From: Thermoanaerobaculia bacterium
GTDB lineage: Bacteria > Acidobacteriota > Thermoanaerobaculia > Multivoradales > Multivoraceae
Assembly: GCA_022826745.1 (NCBI GenBank)
Contig: JAJDUI010000008.1
Coordinates: 267,283-331,282, forward strand
DNA length: 64,000 bases
Direction: 5' to 3'
Part shown: positions 9,188-22,051 of the stretch, piece after piece
Layout of the letters: each line of letters opens with the position of its first letter
Position numbering within the stretch: position 1 is the first letter of the stretch
Position numbers and translations under genes: made by a program
The notes under the pieces: generated by a model
Seen by the model: only the letters and a program-made list of their open reading frames with translations
The model's database searches: none
Told to the model about the DNA's origin: nothing

Positions 9188-10465
9188 GTGACGGCGCAGG
9201 AATCTCCAGGCGTGAGCCAGCCGGCAGCCAGACCGCTGTGGCGCCGGGCGATGGGGCCGCGGTTGCGGGCGGCCGGTCTCGCCCTGCCGTTGGTGGCGTT
9301 CGTCTCCGTGACGTTCCTCGGTCCGATGGTCAACCTGCTGACGAAGAGCTTCTACGATCCGGAGGTCGCCGACGCGCTGCCGGAGACGATGTCCGCGTTG
9401 CGCGACTGGGATGGCCAGGGAACTCCGTCCGACGAGGCGTTCGCGGCCACCGCCCGTGAGTTCGTCGCGGCACGGGAGGAGCGCACCCTGGGACGCACGG
9501 CCAACCGCGTGAACCGTGTCGTGAGCGGCATGCGCAGCACGATCATGGGTGATTCGCGGGAGATGGCCGAGGCGGCCGCCGTTGCGGAGGATGCCGGCGT
9601 CGAGATGGGCGGCGCCTTCTGGCGCGAGACGATGATCGGCATCGACGCCCGCTGGGGCGGTCCCGAGCCTTGGCGTGCGCTTCGGGCCGCCGGCCAGCGG
9701 TTGACGGCCCGCCACTACCTCAAGGCGCTCGACTTCGAGCGCGCTCCCGATGGCGGCTACCAGCGGGCGCCGGAGGCCTGGCGGATCTACGTGCCGCTGT
9801 TCTGGCGGACGTTCCTCGTCAGTCTGGGCGTCACGCTGCTCTGCCTGGTCATCGGCTATCCGGTGGCCCACATGATCGCCAACTCGCCGCCGAAGCGCGC
9901 CAACGTCCTGCTGCTGCTCGTCCTGCTGCCGTTCTGGACCTCGCTGCTCGTGCGGACCACGTCGTGGATCGTCCTGCTCCAGAACCAGGGCATCGTGAAC
10001 GACTTCCTGGTCGCGATCGGACTGATCGGCGACGACGGCCGGATCGCGATGATCTACAACATGACGGGCACGTTCGTTGCGATGACCCATGTGCTGCTGC
10101 CGTTCCTGGTCCTGCCGCTGTACTCGGTCATGCGGGCCATCCCGCCCGCCTACATGAACGCCGCCGTGTCGCTGGGTGCGACCCCGTTCCAGGCGCTGCG
10201 CCGGGTCTATTGGCCGCAGACGCTGCCGGGCGTCGGCGCCGGCTGCCTGCTCACCTTCATCCTGGCGATCGGCTACTACATCACCCCGGCCCTGGTCGGC
10301 GGCCAGAGCGGGCAGTTGATCTCGAACATGATCGCCTACCACGTCCAGACCTCGCTCAACTGGGGTCTGGCCGCCGCGCTGGCGGCGCTGCTGCTGGGCG
10401 GCGTGACCCTGCTCTACGTGGTGTACGACCGCCTGGTCGGCATCGACCGGATCGGACTCGGATGA
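9188..10465 (+). CDS. ABC transporter permease (PotB/CysT-like), with a ~150-aa periplasmic insertion between TM1 and TM2
   Basis: Several TM segments. EAA-like loop region. GTG start. Confidence 0.75.
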   Translation: MTAQESPGVSQPAARPLWRRAMGPRLRAAGLALPLVAFVSVTFLGPMVNLLTKSFYDPEVADALPETMSALRDWDGQGTPSDEAFAATAREFVAAREERTLGRTANRVNRVVSGMRSTIMGDSREMAEAAAVAEDAGVEMGGAFWRETMIGIDARWGGPEPWRALRAAGQRLTARHYLKALDFERAPDGGYQRAPEAWRIYVPLFWRTFLVSLGVTLLCLVIGYPVAHMIANSPPKRANVLLLLVLLPFWTSLLVRTTSWIVLLQNQGIVNDFLVAIGLIGDDGRIAMIYNMTGTFVAMTHVLLPFLVLPLYSVMRAIPPAYMNAAVSLGATPFQALRRVYWPQTLPGVGAGCLLTFILAIGYYITPALVGGQSGQLISNMIAYHVQTSLNWGLAAALAALLLGGVTLLYVVYDRLVGIDRIGLG

Positions 10466-11298
10466 TGGTCGGCGGTGCGCTCAGCCCCGGTTACCGGGTC
10501 GCCCGCTGGGGCTACCTCGCGTTCTGCGTCGCCGCCTTCGTCTTCCTGATCGCGCCGATTCTCGTCCTCGTGCCGCTCAGCTTCAACGCCGAGCCGTACT
10601 TCACCTTCACGGAAGGCATGCTGCGGCTCGACCCGGAGGCCTACTCGCTCCGCTGGTACCGCAGCATCCTCGACGGCGACGAGTGGACGCGGCCACTCGC
10701 CAACAGCTTGATCATCGGTGTCTCGGCGACGGTCGTCGCCACCGTGCTCGGAGCCGCGGCGGCTTTGGGACTCGCCCATCCGGCGATGCCGGGCCGGAAG
10801 ATCGTCACGGCGCTGCTCATCTCGCCGATGATCACGCCCGTGATCATCGCCGGCGTCGGCATGTTCTTCTTCTACTCGAGCCTGGGTCTGGCGCAGACGC
10901 ACGTCGGGATCATCCTCGCGCACGCCGTCTTCGGCGCGCCCTTCGTGGTCATCACGGTGAGCGCGACGCTGGCCGGCTTCGACTGGACCGTCATGCGCGC
11001 GGCCGCGAACCTCGGCGCGAATCCGCTCGTCGCGTTCCGCCGCGTGCAACTGCCGCTCATCCTGCCCGGCGTCATCTCGGGTTCGCTGTTCGCCTTCGCG
11101 GCGTCCTTCGACGAACTCGTCATCGTCCTCTTCATGGGCGGCCTGGAACAGCGCACCCTGCCGCGCCAGATGTGGTCCGGCATTCGCGAGGAGATCAGCC
11201 CGACGATCCTGGCCGTGGCCACCTTTCTGATCGTCTTCGCGTTGCTGGCGTTGAGCACGGTGGAGTGGCTGCGCCGGCGTGGCGCAGCTCGGGCCTGA
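10462..11298 (+). CDS. ABC transporter permease (PotC-like)
   Basis: ATGA overlap. Six hydrophobic segments. Confidence 0.8.
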   Translation: MMVGGALSPGYRVARWGYLAFCVAAFVFLIAPILVLVPLSFNAEPYFTFTEGMLRLDPEAYSLRWYRSILDGDEWTRPLANSLIIGVSATVVATVLGAAAALGLAHPAMPGRKIVTALLISPMITPVIIAGVGMFFFYSSLGLAQTHVGIILAHAVFGAPFVVITVSATLAGFDWTVMRAAANLGANPLVAFRRVQLPLILPGVISGSLFAFAASFDELVIVLFMGGLEQRTLPRQMWSGIREEISPTILAVATFLIVFALLALSTVEWLRRRGAARA

Positions 11299-11303
11299 CT
11301 TCG

Positions 11304-12305
11304 GTGAGCGACGACGACCACGGCATCACGCTGGAGGCGGTCGAAGACACGGTCGCGCTGATCGCTCCTCACATCGTTGAAACGCCGGTCGTCGAGTGGT
11401 CGGGCCCCGAGATGCGGGCGATGCTGCCGGGGAACAGCCGCGTCCACGCCAAGCTGGAGCTCTTTCAGCGCTCCGGTACGTTCAAGGCGCGAGGGGCGCT
11501 GTCGAACGTCCTGCGACTGAGCGCCGAACAACTGCGGGCCGGCGTGACGGCCATGAGCGCGGGCAATCACGCGGTCGCCGTGGCGTATGCGGCGAAGGCG
11601 GCCGGGACCAGCGCGAAGGTCGTCATGCAGCGATCGGCGAATCCGGCGCGTGTCGAGTTGGCCGAGGCGCTTGGCGCCGAGATCCTGATGGCGGAGGATG
11701 GCCCCAGCGGATTCGAGATGGTGGCCGGGATCGCGGCCGCGGAAGGCCGGGCGATGATCCATCCATTCGACGGCGTGGCGACGGCCCTCGGCGCGGCGAC
11801 GCTCGGTTTCGAGATGCATCGGCAGCTTGGAGACCTCGACGTGCTCGTCGTCGCCATCGGTGGCGGCGGTCTGGCTGGGGGCGTGTCGGCAATCACGAAG
11901 CGACTGAACCCCGATTGCCTGGTTGTCGGCGTGGAACCCGTGGGCGCCGACGCCATGCACAGGAGCTTCAGGTCGGGCAGACCGGAGCGCCTTGAAGGCG
12001 TGGACACCATCGCGGACAGTCTGGCGCCGCCCATGACCGAACGGCTGCCCTTCACGCTCTGCAGAAGCAACGTGGATCGGCTCGCCCTGGTCACCGACCG
12101 CGAGTTGGCTCAAGCCATGGGGCTCATCTTCAGAGAACTGAAGCTCGCCGTGGAGCCCGCCTGCGCCGCCACCACGGCTTCCCTGCCGGGTCTCGCCGAC
12201 GAGTTCTCGGGTGCGCGTGTCGGGCTGATCCTCTGCGGGTCGAACATCGACCGGAACACGTACGATCGGTACTGCGAGCTCGGCGAGGGTCGATTCCGTT
12301 CCTGA
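11304..12305 (+). CDS. PLP-dependent threonine/serine dehydratase family enzyme (fold type II), co-operonic with the ABC importer
   Basis: FQRSGTFKARGA (PLP lysine motif), AGNHA, GGGGL Gly loop, alignment to TdcB by memory. GTG start 6 nt after the permease stop. Confidence 0.75.
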   Translation: MSDDDHGITLEAVEDTVALIAPHIVETPVVEWSGPEMRAMLPGNSRVHAKLELFQRSGTFKARGALSNVLRLSAEQLRAGVTAMSAGNHAVAVAYAAKAAGTSAKVVMQRSANPARVELAEALGAEILMAEDGPSGFEMVAGIAAAEGRAMIHPFDGVATALGAATLGFEMHRQLGDLDVLVVAIGGGGLAGGVSAITKRLNPDCLVVGVEPVGADAMHRSFRSGRPERLEGVDTIADSLAPPMTERLPFTLCRSNVDRLALVTDRELAQAMGLIFRELKLAVEPACAATTASLPGLADEFSGARVGLILCGSNIDRNTYDRYCELGEGRFRS

Positions 12306-12356
12306 TCGGCTTTCGGGCGGCCGGGTGCCGAGCCTGAACGAGGGAAGGACTCCCGC

Positions 12357-15300
12357 CTAGAGGACGCCGAGGCGGCTGAACAAGCAGTGGACGTAGTTGG
12401 GGTCGTCCCTCTGGAACAGAACGTGACGTTCGGCCAGGTCCTGCCGGCTGAGCGCGCGCCCATCAACCTGCCAGCGTTCGTCCAGATCCTTGAGGCGAGT
12501 GACGGAGACGATGAACGACTCGAGGCGAGCGCGGCTGTCCGACAGCCGCTCTTCGACCTCCTTGATCGTTGTGCTGAGAAGGACCTTCGGGTCGTCCGGC
12601 CCCGATAGGTGCACCAGACCCTTCGGGTCTACGAAGGCGATGTGCTGGCGGCCGTCGCGGAGCGCCCACAGGATGAAGTCGGGGTGGAAGTTGTTCGCCT
12701 CGAAAAAGCCGATGCCGCGCCCCCGACTCTGGTTGCGCATGAGGTGGATGCGGATTCCTGCGAGTGCGGCCGCCTGCTGCTGGAGGAAGTCCTGCAGGTC
12801 GCGGACGAAGCGGTACTCGCCTTCGTTCAGTGTGGGCGGCGAGACCCGGAGCTTGTCGTTCTCGACTGACAGCAGGGGCCAGTACAGGTGCTCGTTCAGA
12901 CGAAGCGCCCTGACCTGGTGCCTGTCCCAATCGGAGAGCCTCCCTTGCTCGATCGCCCGCTTCAGATCGGCGAGACTCTGTTCGAGATCGCCGACGTCGC
13001 TGGTGCCAGCCGTTGAGGCAACCTCGACGAAGAAGCCCTGGCCGCCGCGCCCGCCGGTCACTTGGAGGTTCGGGTCGTCGTCGCGTAGCGGCTGAATCTC
13101 CAAGTGCCGGGCTTCCCAAGCCTGGCGACAAAGGGCGTAGTAGCGAGCGGTGTACTTCCTGAGCAGGGAACCGGCGATCTCCTGCCAGTGGCGGACGTTG
13201 GACCAGTTGTCGTGCTCGAACAGGGTTGCGGGCGCCTGGAGCCGGTACCAGGAGGGGTCGGCAAGCAGTTGGCGGATCGCAGTACGCGACACGGTCAGGT
13301 TGTGCCAGCCGCGTTCCGTCTTGAAACGCGCGAGATCGAAGAAAAGTGCCTCCTGATCGATGAGGCGGATGTGGTCGCGGTCCAAGGTCGCCTCATTCTT
13401 CGAGATGACCTCGGCACTGGAGTCGACGGAGGCGAGCGTTCGCACCTTGGGGTTCCAGTCGAGGCGGACTGCCGGATGAAGCCGGTTCCTGATCGGGCAC
13501 GGCGCCTGAGCGGGTGGGCCAAGGACGGGCATCGGGCCGCGGCGGCGGAAGGCTGCCTCGGGTTCGGCGCCGGCTACGTCCTCGGCAAGTCTGATCGTCT
13601 CGAGCGGGGGGTCGTGCGGCAGGGCTTGTCGTTGAACCGGAAGGAAGAACTCCTCGCGGTCGGCGGCAACTCCCTCCTGTTCCAGGAAGTCACGGAACTG
13701 CGCCATGTAGTTCGCCCGGATGCCGAACACCTGGAGCGTTTCCAGATGCGGCAGCGCCGCGGGCGCCTCGCTAGCGACGTTTGGGAGCGCCGAACTCCGC
13801 TTGAGAGTCATATCGCGACCCTTCAGTCGGACGCCGCGGCCGAACATCTGGATGATCTGGGCGCCTTCGGTCCTACCGACGTTCATCAGGCCCATCGAAC
13901 TGACGCGCCAGCTGTTCCAGCCTTCCGTGAACTTCCGGGCGCCGACGACGAGGTGGATGTGAGAGTCCGCGGACTGGACGTCGTCGAAGGCCGACTCCGA
14001 GAACACCCGCTCGGTCACGACGATGCCAGCGTCCCGGCAGCGCTTGGCGAGCTTCCCTCCGTCGCCGACGTTGATCACGCCGAACGGTTCGTTCTCTCCG
14101 AGCCGAAGCGTTAGTTCCCCACCGGTCCCCTTGAGACGTTCGACTCGGAGACCGCCGCCTCCCGGTGCATTGAAGGTCTTGGAGAGCGTTTCACTGAAGA
14201 TGCTCCCGGCATTCATGCCCGAGTTCTGAAGGGGAGCGAACTGATCGGCGAACAGGTTCCTGCCGCCGGTGGTCTCGAGTCCGTGTTCCAGTAGGGCCTG
14301 GATGCTCGTCGTACTGGCGCTTGCGTTCTGGACGTACTCGTCGAGGAACTGGACGATCCGAACCACATCGGATGCATCGTCCTGGTTCAGGCCCTTCGTG
14401 ACCCGGCTTCCGACAAACACCCACAACGGCCGCTCGATGGCCCAGGGGCCGAGCGCTCTTCCTTCACGGCTGTAGAGCCACTGCTGCTGAAAGAAGGCGA
14501 GCAGGGCCGCGGTCAGGTAGCGCTGCTGCCAGTCGGCGTCGTGGTGGCCCTCGAGGTTGGCGATCCGGTAGTCCTTGCCGTAGCCGTCGCCGTGAAACCA
14601 GCGGTACGAGTAGTCGAACAGAATCGACCGGGCGTACGTGTTGGTCAGTTTCCGGTCCTTGTCCACCGCCTGGCCGAAGGTCGCCGAGTACTCGAACGAG
14701 AACCCACGCTCGCAGAGTTCGTCGCGCCTTCGCATCCACTGGCCCTGTTGGCCCGAGGAGGCGCCGCGGTGTCCTTCGTCGACGAGCACGAGGTTGTTGC
14801 CCTCGAAGGCGGCCACGGCGACTCTCTTCTCCCCCATCTCGTCGTGCAGCTTGTGTACGTCGAGCACTTCGACCCAGGCGCCGGGGAGGGCGTTCCGGTC
14901 GAACGGGCGCGCCGCGATACCGGCGACTTCGAACTCGTCCAGGTGCTGGCGAGAGAGGCCTTCGTTCGGGGTCAAGAGAATGATGCGGTTCAACGCATGA
15001 TGTCGATCGTGCCGCCCGAGGAACTCCCGGAAGAGAAGGAGGTGGGCATGCATGAGCAGCGTCTTGCCGCTTCCAGTAGCCATCCAGAACGCCAGCTTGT
15101 TCAGCAGGTTCGCGGCGTCCCGATCGGTCGTGGGCTCGGCGGTCGGTTCGATGCGGTCGCCTTTCGGGAGGTCCCGGTTCAGGGACTGAATCGCCGTGTT
15201 CAGTTCGGCGAGCAGCCGCTTCGGATCACGGAACCAGAGGTCCAGGTAGATGTCCGTTGCCAGTAGCGCCAGGTACTGGAAGTAGAGCCACCGGATCGGG

Positions 15301-15593
15301 CGCTTGCCGCGGCGGAGGCGAGCCTCGTTCAGTCGTTGAGTGATCGCCACGATCCGCTGGTCCGCCTCCAGTAGGCGGTCGTCGGGCAGGTCGGGCCGCT
15401 TCTCCGTGGGCACGTGCAGGCGAAGCGCCTCGTGGAAGCGATGAACGTTGTCCGCCGTGAGTCCCGGGAACTCATCACCCTTCATGTGTCCGGCGAGTCC
15501 GTTCAGGTTCTCGCAACCGAACAGGCCGAGTAGCCAGCGATGGAGCGCCAGTTTTCGCGAGAAGGCCACTCGCTTCCGTTTAGACCGGGCCAT
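12357..15593 (-). CDS. Type III restriction enzyme Res-like subunit: SF2 helicase plus C-terminal PD-(D/E)xK nuclease
   Basis: Motif I ATGSGKT, motif II LVLVDEGHR, motif VI QMFGRGVRL. C-terminal PDFILWAL...FVDPKG nuclease-like motif. ATG 15593 (MARSKRKR...) preferred. The track start TTG 15731 would overlap the mod stop by 4 nt but adds an Arg-rich stretch. Confidence 0.65.
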   Translation of the reverse strand: MARSKRKRVAFSRKLALHRWLLGLFGCENLNGLAGHMKGDEFPGLTADNVHRFHEALRLHVPTEKRPDLPDDRLLEADQRIVAITQRLNEARLRRGKRPIRWLYFQYLALLATDIYLDLWFRDPKRLLAELNTAIQSLNRDLPKGDRIEPTAEPTTDRDAANLLNKLAFWMATGSGKTLLMHAHLLLFREFLGRHDRHHALNRIILLTPNEGLSRQHLDEFEVAGIAARPFDRNALPGAWVEVLDVHKLHDEMGEKRVAVAAFEGNNLVLVDEGHRGASSGQQGQWMRRRDELCERGFSFEYSATFGQAVDKDRKLTNTYARSILFDYSYRWFHGDGYGKDYRIANLEGHHDADWQQRYLTAALLAFFQQQWLYSREGRALGPWAIERPLWVFVGSRVTKGLNQDDASDVVRIVQFLDEYVQNASASTTSIQALLEHGLETTGGRNLFADQFAPLQNSGMNAGSIFSETLSKTFNAPGGGGLRVERLKGTGGELTLRLGENEPFGVINVGDGGKLAKRCRDAGIVVTERVFSESAFDDVQSADSHIHLVVGARKFTEGWNSWRVSSMGLMNVGRTEGAQIIQMFGRGVRLKGRDMTLKRSSALPNVASEAPAALPHLETLQVFGIRANYMAQFRDFLEQEGVAADREEFFLPVQRQALPHDPPLETIRLAEDVAGAEPEAAFRRRGPMPVLGPPAQAPCPIRNRLHPAVRLDWNPKVRTLASVDSSAEVISKNEATLDRDHIRLIDQEALFFDLARFKTERGWHNLTVSRTAIRQLLADPSWYRLQAPATLFEHDNWSNVRHWQEIAGSLLRKYTARYYALCRQAWEARHLEIQPLRDDDPNLQVTGGRGGQGFFVEVASTAGTSDVGDLEQSLADLKRAIEQGRLSDWDRHQVRALRLNEHLYWPLLSVENDKLRVSPPTLNEGEYRFVRDLQDFLQQQAAALAGIRIHLMRNQSRGRGIGFFEANNFHPDFILWALRDGRQHIAFVDPKGLVHLSGPDDPKVLLSTTIKEVEERLSDSRARLESFIVSVTRLKDLDERWQVDGRALSRQDLAERHVLFQRDDPNYVHCLFSRLGVL

Positions 15594-15727
15594 CGCCCCG
15601 GTTCGCCCGCAGGCCGGCCGCGTAGCCGCGCAGCGGCGTTCCGACCGCCGCCTGCCGCTTGCGGGGCGGCCAACTACGGCGAAGAAATCCCGTGCCTGCG
15701 GGAAGCGGGCGTCGGCGGCGACGGTGA

Positions 15728-19087
<3,360 letters not shown>

Positions 19088-19336
19088 GAAGCGTCCTTGG
19101 GGCGGCAGTCGGAAGGCGTTGGCATGGAAGCAGCCGGTGGCGACGGCGTGGCGACTATAGCCTCAACTCCGACGCGGTCTGGAGAACTCGCCTCATCCCC
19201 GGTTTGACGCCCTGCTTCGGTCCACGAGGACGTGGTCCTCGGAGCGACGCTGGCTATCGTTCGTGGCGAACGGAGTGCACGCTTCGCCGTGTGAGTCGTC
19301 GGAGTCTGCGATCTGGCGGCAGGCGGTGTGAGGCTA

Positions 19337-19357
19337 AGTTTACCTATCGGGTAAACT
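19337..19357. promoter_or_regulatory. Perfect 8-bp inverted repeat AGTTTACC-TATCG-GGTAAACT, an AT-rich putative operator 20 bp upstream of the higB-like ATG
   Basis: Read directly from the sequence. The AT-rich palindrome sits in otherwise GC-rich DNA, immediately 5' of a toxin/HTH-regulator pair. Confidence 0.5.
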
Positions 19358-19376
19358 CGTGTACCATGCATTGCCC

Positions 19377-19706
19377 ATGGAGATCGCCTTCCGTACGGGG
19401 AAGATCAAGCGGCTCTGTGAGCGCGGGGCCGAGGCTCAGCGGAGGCTTGGAGAAGCGAGCGCGAAGAAACTGAGGGCACGGTTGAGTGATCTTGAAGCGG
19501 CTGCGTCGGTGGCGGAACTGGTGGCAGGACGTCCTCATCCGCTGACCGGAGACCGACTGGGACAGCTCGCCCTGGATCTGTCTGGGGGCAGGCGTCTGGT
19601 GCTCAGCCCGGACCACGAAACGACGCCGGTCGAGGCGGATGGGGCGGTCCAGTGGGATCGGGTTACGCGCGTGTGCATTGAGTTCATAGGGGACTACCAT
19701 GACTAG
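19377..19706 (+). CDS. higB: HigB-like (RelE/ParE superfamily) toxin
   Basis: ...HPLTGDRLGQLALDLSGGRRLVL...VCIEFIGDYH parallels the E. coli HigB HPLKGDREGYWSI...EDYH as I recall it. 8-bp overlap with the downstream HTH gene. GTG 19359 is an alternative start. Confidence 0.55.
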   Translation: MEIAFRTGKIKRLCERGAEAQRRLGEASAKKLRARLSDLEAAASVAELVAGRPHPLTGDRLGQLALDLSGGRRLVLSPDHETTPVEADGAVQWDRVTRVCIEFIGDYHD

Positions 19707-20817
19707 AGCAGAAGCGGGGAGCTTTGCGCCGGACTGGATTTCATCGCCGGGTGACACGATCCTCGATCTGGTCGAGGAGCGCGGTTGGACGCAGGCGGAC
19801 CTGGCGAATCGGCTGGGGTACAGCCGGAAACACGTAAACCAGCTCGTCAGGGGCAAGGCCTCGCTGTCCGAGGACGCCGCACTGCGTCTGCATCGTGTCC
19901 TGGGCGGCAGCGTCGGCTTCTGGTTGACGCGCGAGGCCCGCTACCGGGAACGGCTGGCGGCGAGTCGGGAGGCTGGCCTGTACGAAGGATGGGTCGACTG
20001 GCTGGAAGAGCTGCCTGTGGCGGCCATGATGAGGGCTGGCGCGATCACCAAGCGGCGCATGGTCGCTTCCGCCAAGGCCCAGGTCGTCGGCGAGTGTCTC
20101 GCTTTCTTCGGAGTGGCTTCGCCGGAACAATGGAGAGCGCGCTGTGCGGGAACGCAGGGTGCCTTCAGGCGTGGGACGGCGAGGGATGGCGATCGGGCAT
20201 CTACCGCCGTCTGGCTGCGTCTGGGTGAAATGCAGGCCGAGCAACTACGTCTTCCAGCCTATGATCGCGAACGCTTCACCCGGGCCTTGACGGAGATCAG
20301 GGAGCTGACCGTCGAGTCGCCCGAGCTGTTCGAACCGCGGATGCGTCGCCTGCTGCAGGCTGCCGGTGTTGCCTTCGTTCTCGTTCCGGCGATTCCCAAG
20401 GCTGGCGTGAGTGGCGTTGCTAGGTGGTTGAACCGGAATCCGCTGATTCAGCTATCGCTCTTCGGCAAGACGAACGACCGGTTCTGGTTCTCGTTCTTCC
20501 ACGAAGCGGCCCACATCCTGCTGCATGCTGACGATCGGAAGTCGGTGTGGCTGGACGATGCCGGAAGGCCTCCAGGTGCGGATGAGGCCGAAACAGAGGC
20601 AGACAGATGGGCCGCGGACTGCCTGATCCCTCCGGCTCACGATGCCGAACTGCAACAGCTTGGTGATCGACGGTCGGTCCGCGCGTTCGCTCGCCGGGTT
20701 GGCGTCCATCCCGGCATCGTGGTCGGACGGCTGCAGCATGAGCGACTGCTTCCGTTTGGTCAGTTGAACGGGCTCAAGGCGAGGTTCAAGTTCGGCGAGG
20801 AATCGACGCCAACTTGA
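19699..20817 (+). CDS. XRE-family HTH plus ImmA/IrrE (COG2856, HEXXH) metallopeptidase-domain protein, putative HigA-type antitoxin/regulator
   Basis: N-terminal HTH ERGWTQADLANRLGYSRKHVNQLVRGK. C-terminal FFHEAAHILLH zinc-peptidase motif. Confidence 0.7.
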   Translation: MTRAEAGSFAPDWISSPGDTILDLVEERGWTQADLANRLGYSRKHVNQLVRGKASLSEDAALRLHRVLGGSVGFWLTREARYRERLAASREAGLYEGWVDWLEELPVAAMMRAGAITKRRMVASAKAQVVGECLAFFGVASPEQWRARCAGTQGAFRRGTARDGDRASTAVWLRLGEMQAEQLRLPAYDRERFTRALTEIRELTVESPELFEPRMRRLLQAAGVAFVLVPAIPKAGVSGVARWLNRNPLIQLSLFGKTNDRFWFSFFHEAAHILLHADDRKSVWLDDAGRPPGADEAETEADRWAADCLIPPAHDAELQQLGDRRSVRAFARRVGVHPGIVVGRLQHERLLPFGQLNGLKARFKFGEESTPT

Positions 20818-20826
20818 GTCGTTCAG

Positions 20827-21993
20827 TTAGGCTCGACTCCGGTAGCGCCACAGCCCTGTGGCGGCCATGCTGTAGAGGAACAGCAGCACCGACACCGCCA
20901 TGCCGGGGACGAGCCCGGCAAGGGCTCCGTACTCCTCGACGATCCAGCCGAGGATGACGGCGCCGATCAGCGGGGCGCCGAGCAGGCCGACGCCGAAGAC
21001 GGCCATGACGCGGCCGCGGGACAGCGGCTCGGCGGCCTCCTGGACGATGGCGCGGGCCAGGGTGGTGGTGACGCCCATGTTGAGGCCCCAGGCGACGACT
21101 CCGGTCACGACCAGCCACCAGGCGGGTTCGACCCAGATCAGGAAGAGGACGACGACGCGGGAGAGCTGGAACAGGATGAACCAGCGGCCGGGCTTCTGGA
21201 ACGGCATGAACCGGAGCATGATCAGGTTCGAGACGACCGCGCCGGCGAAGAAGACGATCATGAGCCACGACAGCAGTTCCGCATCGCCGTCGTAGACCTC
21301 CCGGACGATGAAGGGAAAGGCGGTCAGGAAGCCGCCCGCGTTGAAGATGCTGGAGACGAAGTTGACCGTCAGCGCGTCGAAGACCGGACGCTGGAGGTAG
21401 GAGGCGCGGAAGCCCTCGCGGATCCGGCGCCAGGCGGGTTCCGTCGGCCCGGCGCTGGAGGACTCGTGGGAGCCGATTCTCCGGATCCAGAGCGCGGCCG
21501 CGACCAGACACAGGCACTGGACCAGCAGGACCTGGCGCAGACCGATGCGGTCGAGCTGGCCGGCGGCGCCGATCCCGATCATCGTGGTGAACATCGTGAT
21601 CGCCGTGGAGGCGGTCACTCCCCGCTGCAGATCCCGACCCGCGATGCGGCTGAGCACGGACTGCTGGGCCGGCCCGGAGAACGAAAGGGCGGCGCTGATT
21701 CCGAGGCCCCACGCGGTCACGGTCCAGACGCTGAGTTCTCCGAGTTCGAGTACGAGAATCAGTCCGAGGGGTACGAGGGCCGCCGCGCCGAACACCCGGG
21801 TCAGCGTTGCCCGGGCGTCCGTGCGGTCGGCGCTGGCGCCGCCCCAGAGCATGATGATCACGCCGGGAAGGCCGACGGCCGCCTGCAGCGGGCCGACCCG
21901 GCTGGCCGGGAGGGACAGCACGCTGATCAGCAGCCAGGGCAGGAGGAGCTGGTACATGCCCAGGCCGGAACTCGAGCAGGCCAGTGTCCCCAT
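20827..21993 (-). CDS. MFS transporter
   Basis: About 12 hydrophobic segments. ATG 21993. The upstream part of the track ORF is Arg-rich and was rejected. Confidence 0.65.
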   Translation of the reverse strand: MGTLACSSSGLGMYQLLLPWLLISVLSLPASRVGPLQAAVGLPGVIIMLWGGASADRTDARATLTRVFGAAALVPLGLILVLELGELSVWTVTAWGLGISAALSFSGPAQQSVLSRIAGRDLQRGVTASTAITMFTTMIGIGAAGQLDRIGLRQVLLVQCLCLVAAALWIRRIGSHESSSAGPTEPAWRRIREGFRASYLQRPVFDALTVNFVSSIFNAGGFLTAFPFIVREVYDGDAELLSWLMIVFFAGAVVSNLIMLRFMPFQKPGRWFILFQLSRVVVLFLIWVEPAWWLVVTGVVAWGLNMGVTTTLARAIVQEAAEPLSRGRVMAVFGVGLLGAPLIGAVILGWIVEEYGALAGLVPGMAVSVLLFLYSMAATGLWRYRSRA

Positions 21994-22051
21994 GTACGCT
22001 TGCAGGCCCGGTCGGTTCCAGAGACGGTTGGGCGGAGTTGGGGGACGAGCG

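Noticed and set aside
19088-19336. A possible tRNA, sRNA or small ORF in the 270-bp gap upstream of mod and higB
   Set aside because: No tRNA-like T-arm or acceptor pattern and no convincing small ORF with an SD. It was treated as a divergent promoter region. Only the palindrome at 19337-19357 was kept.
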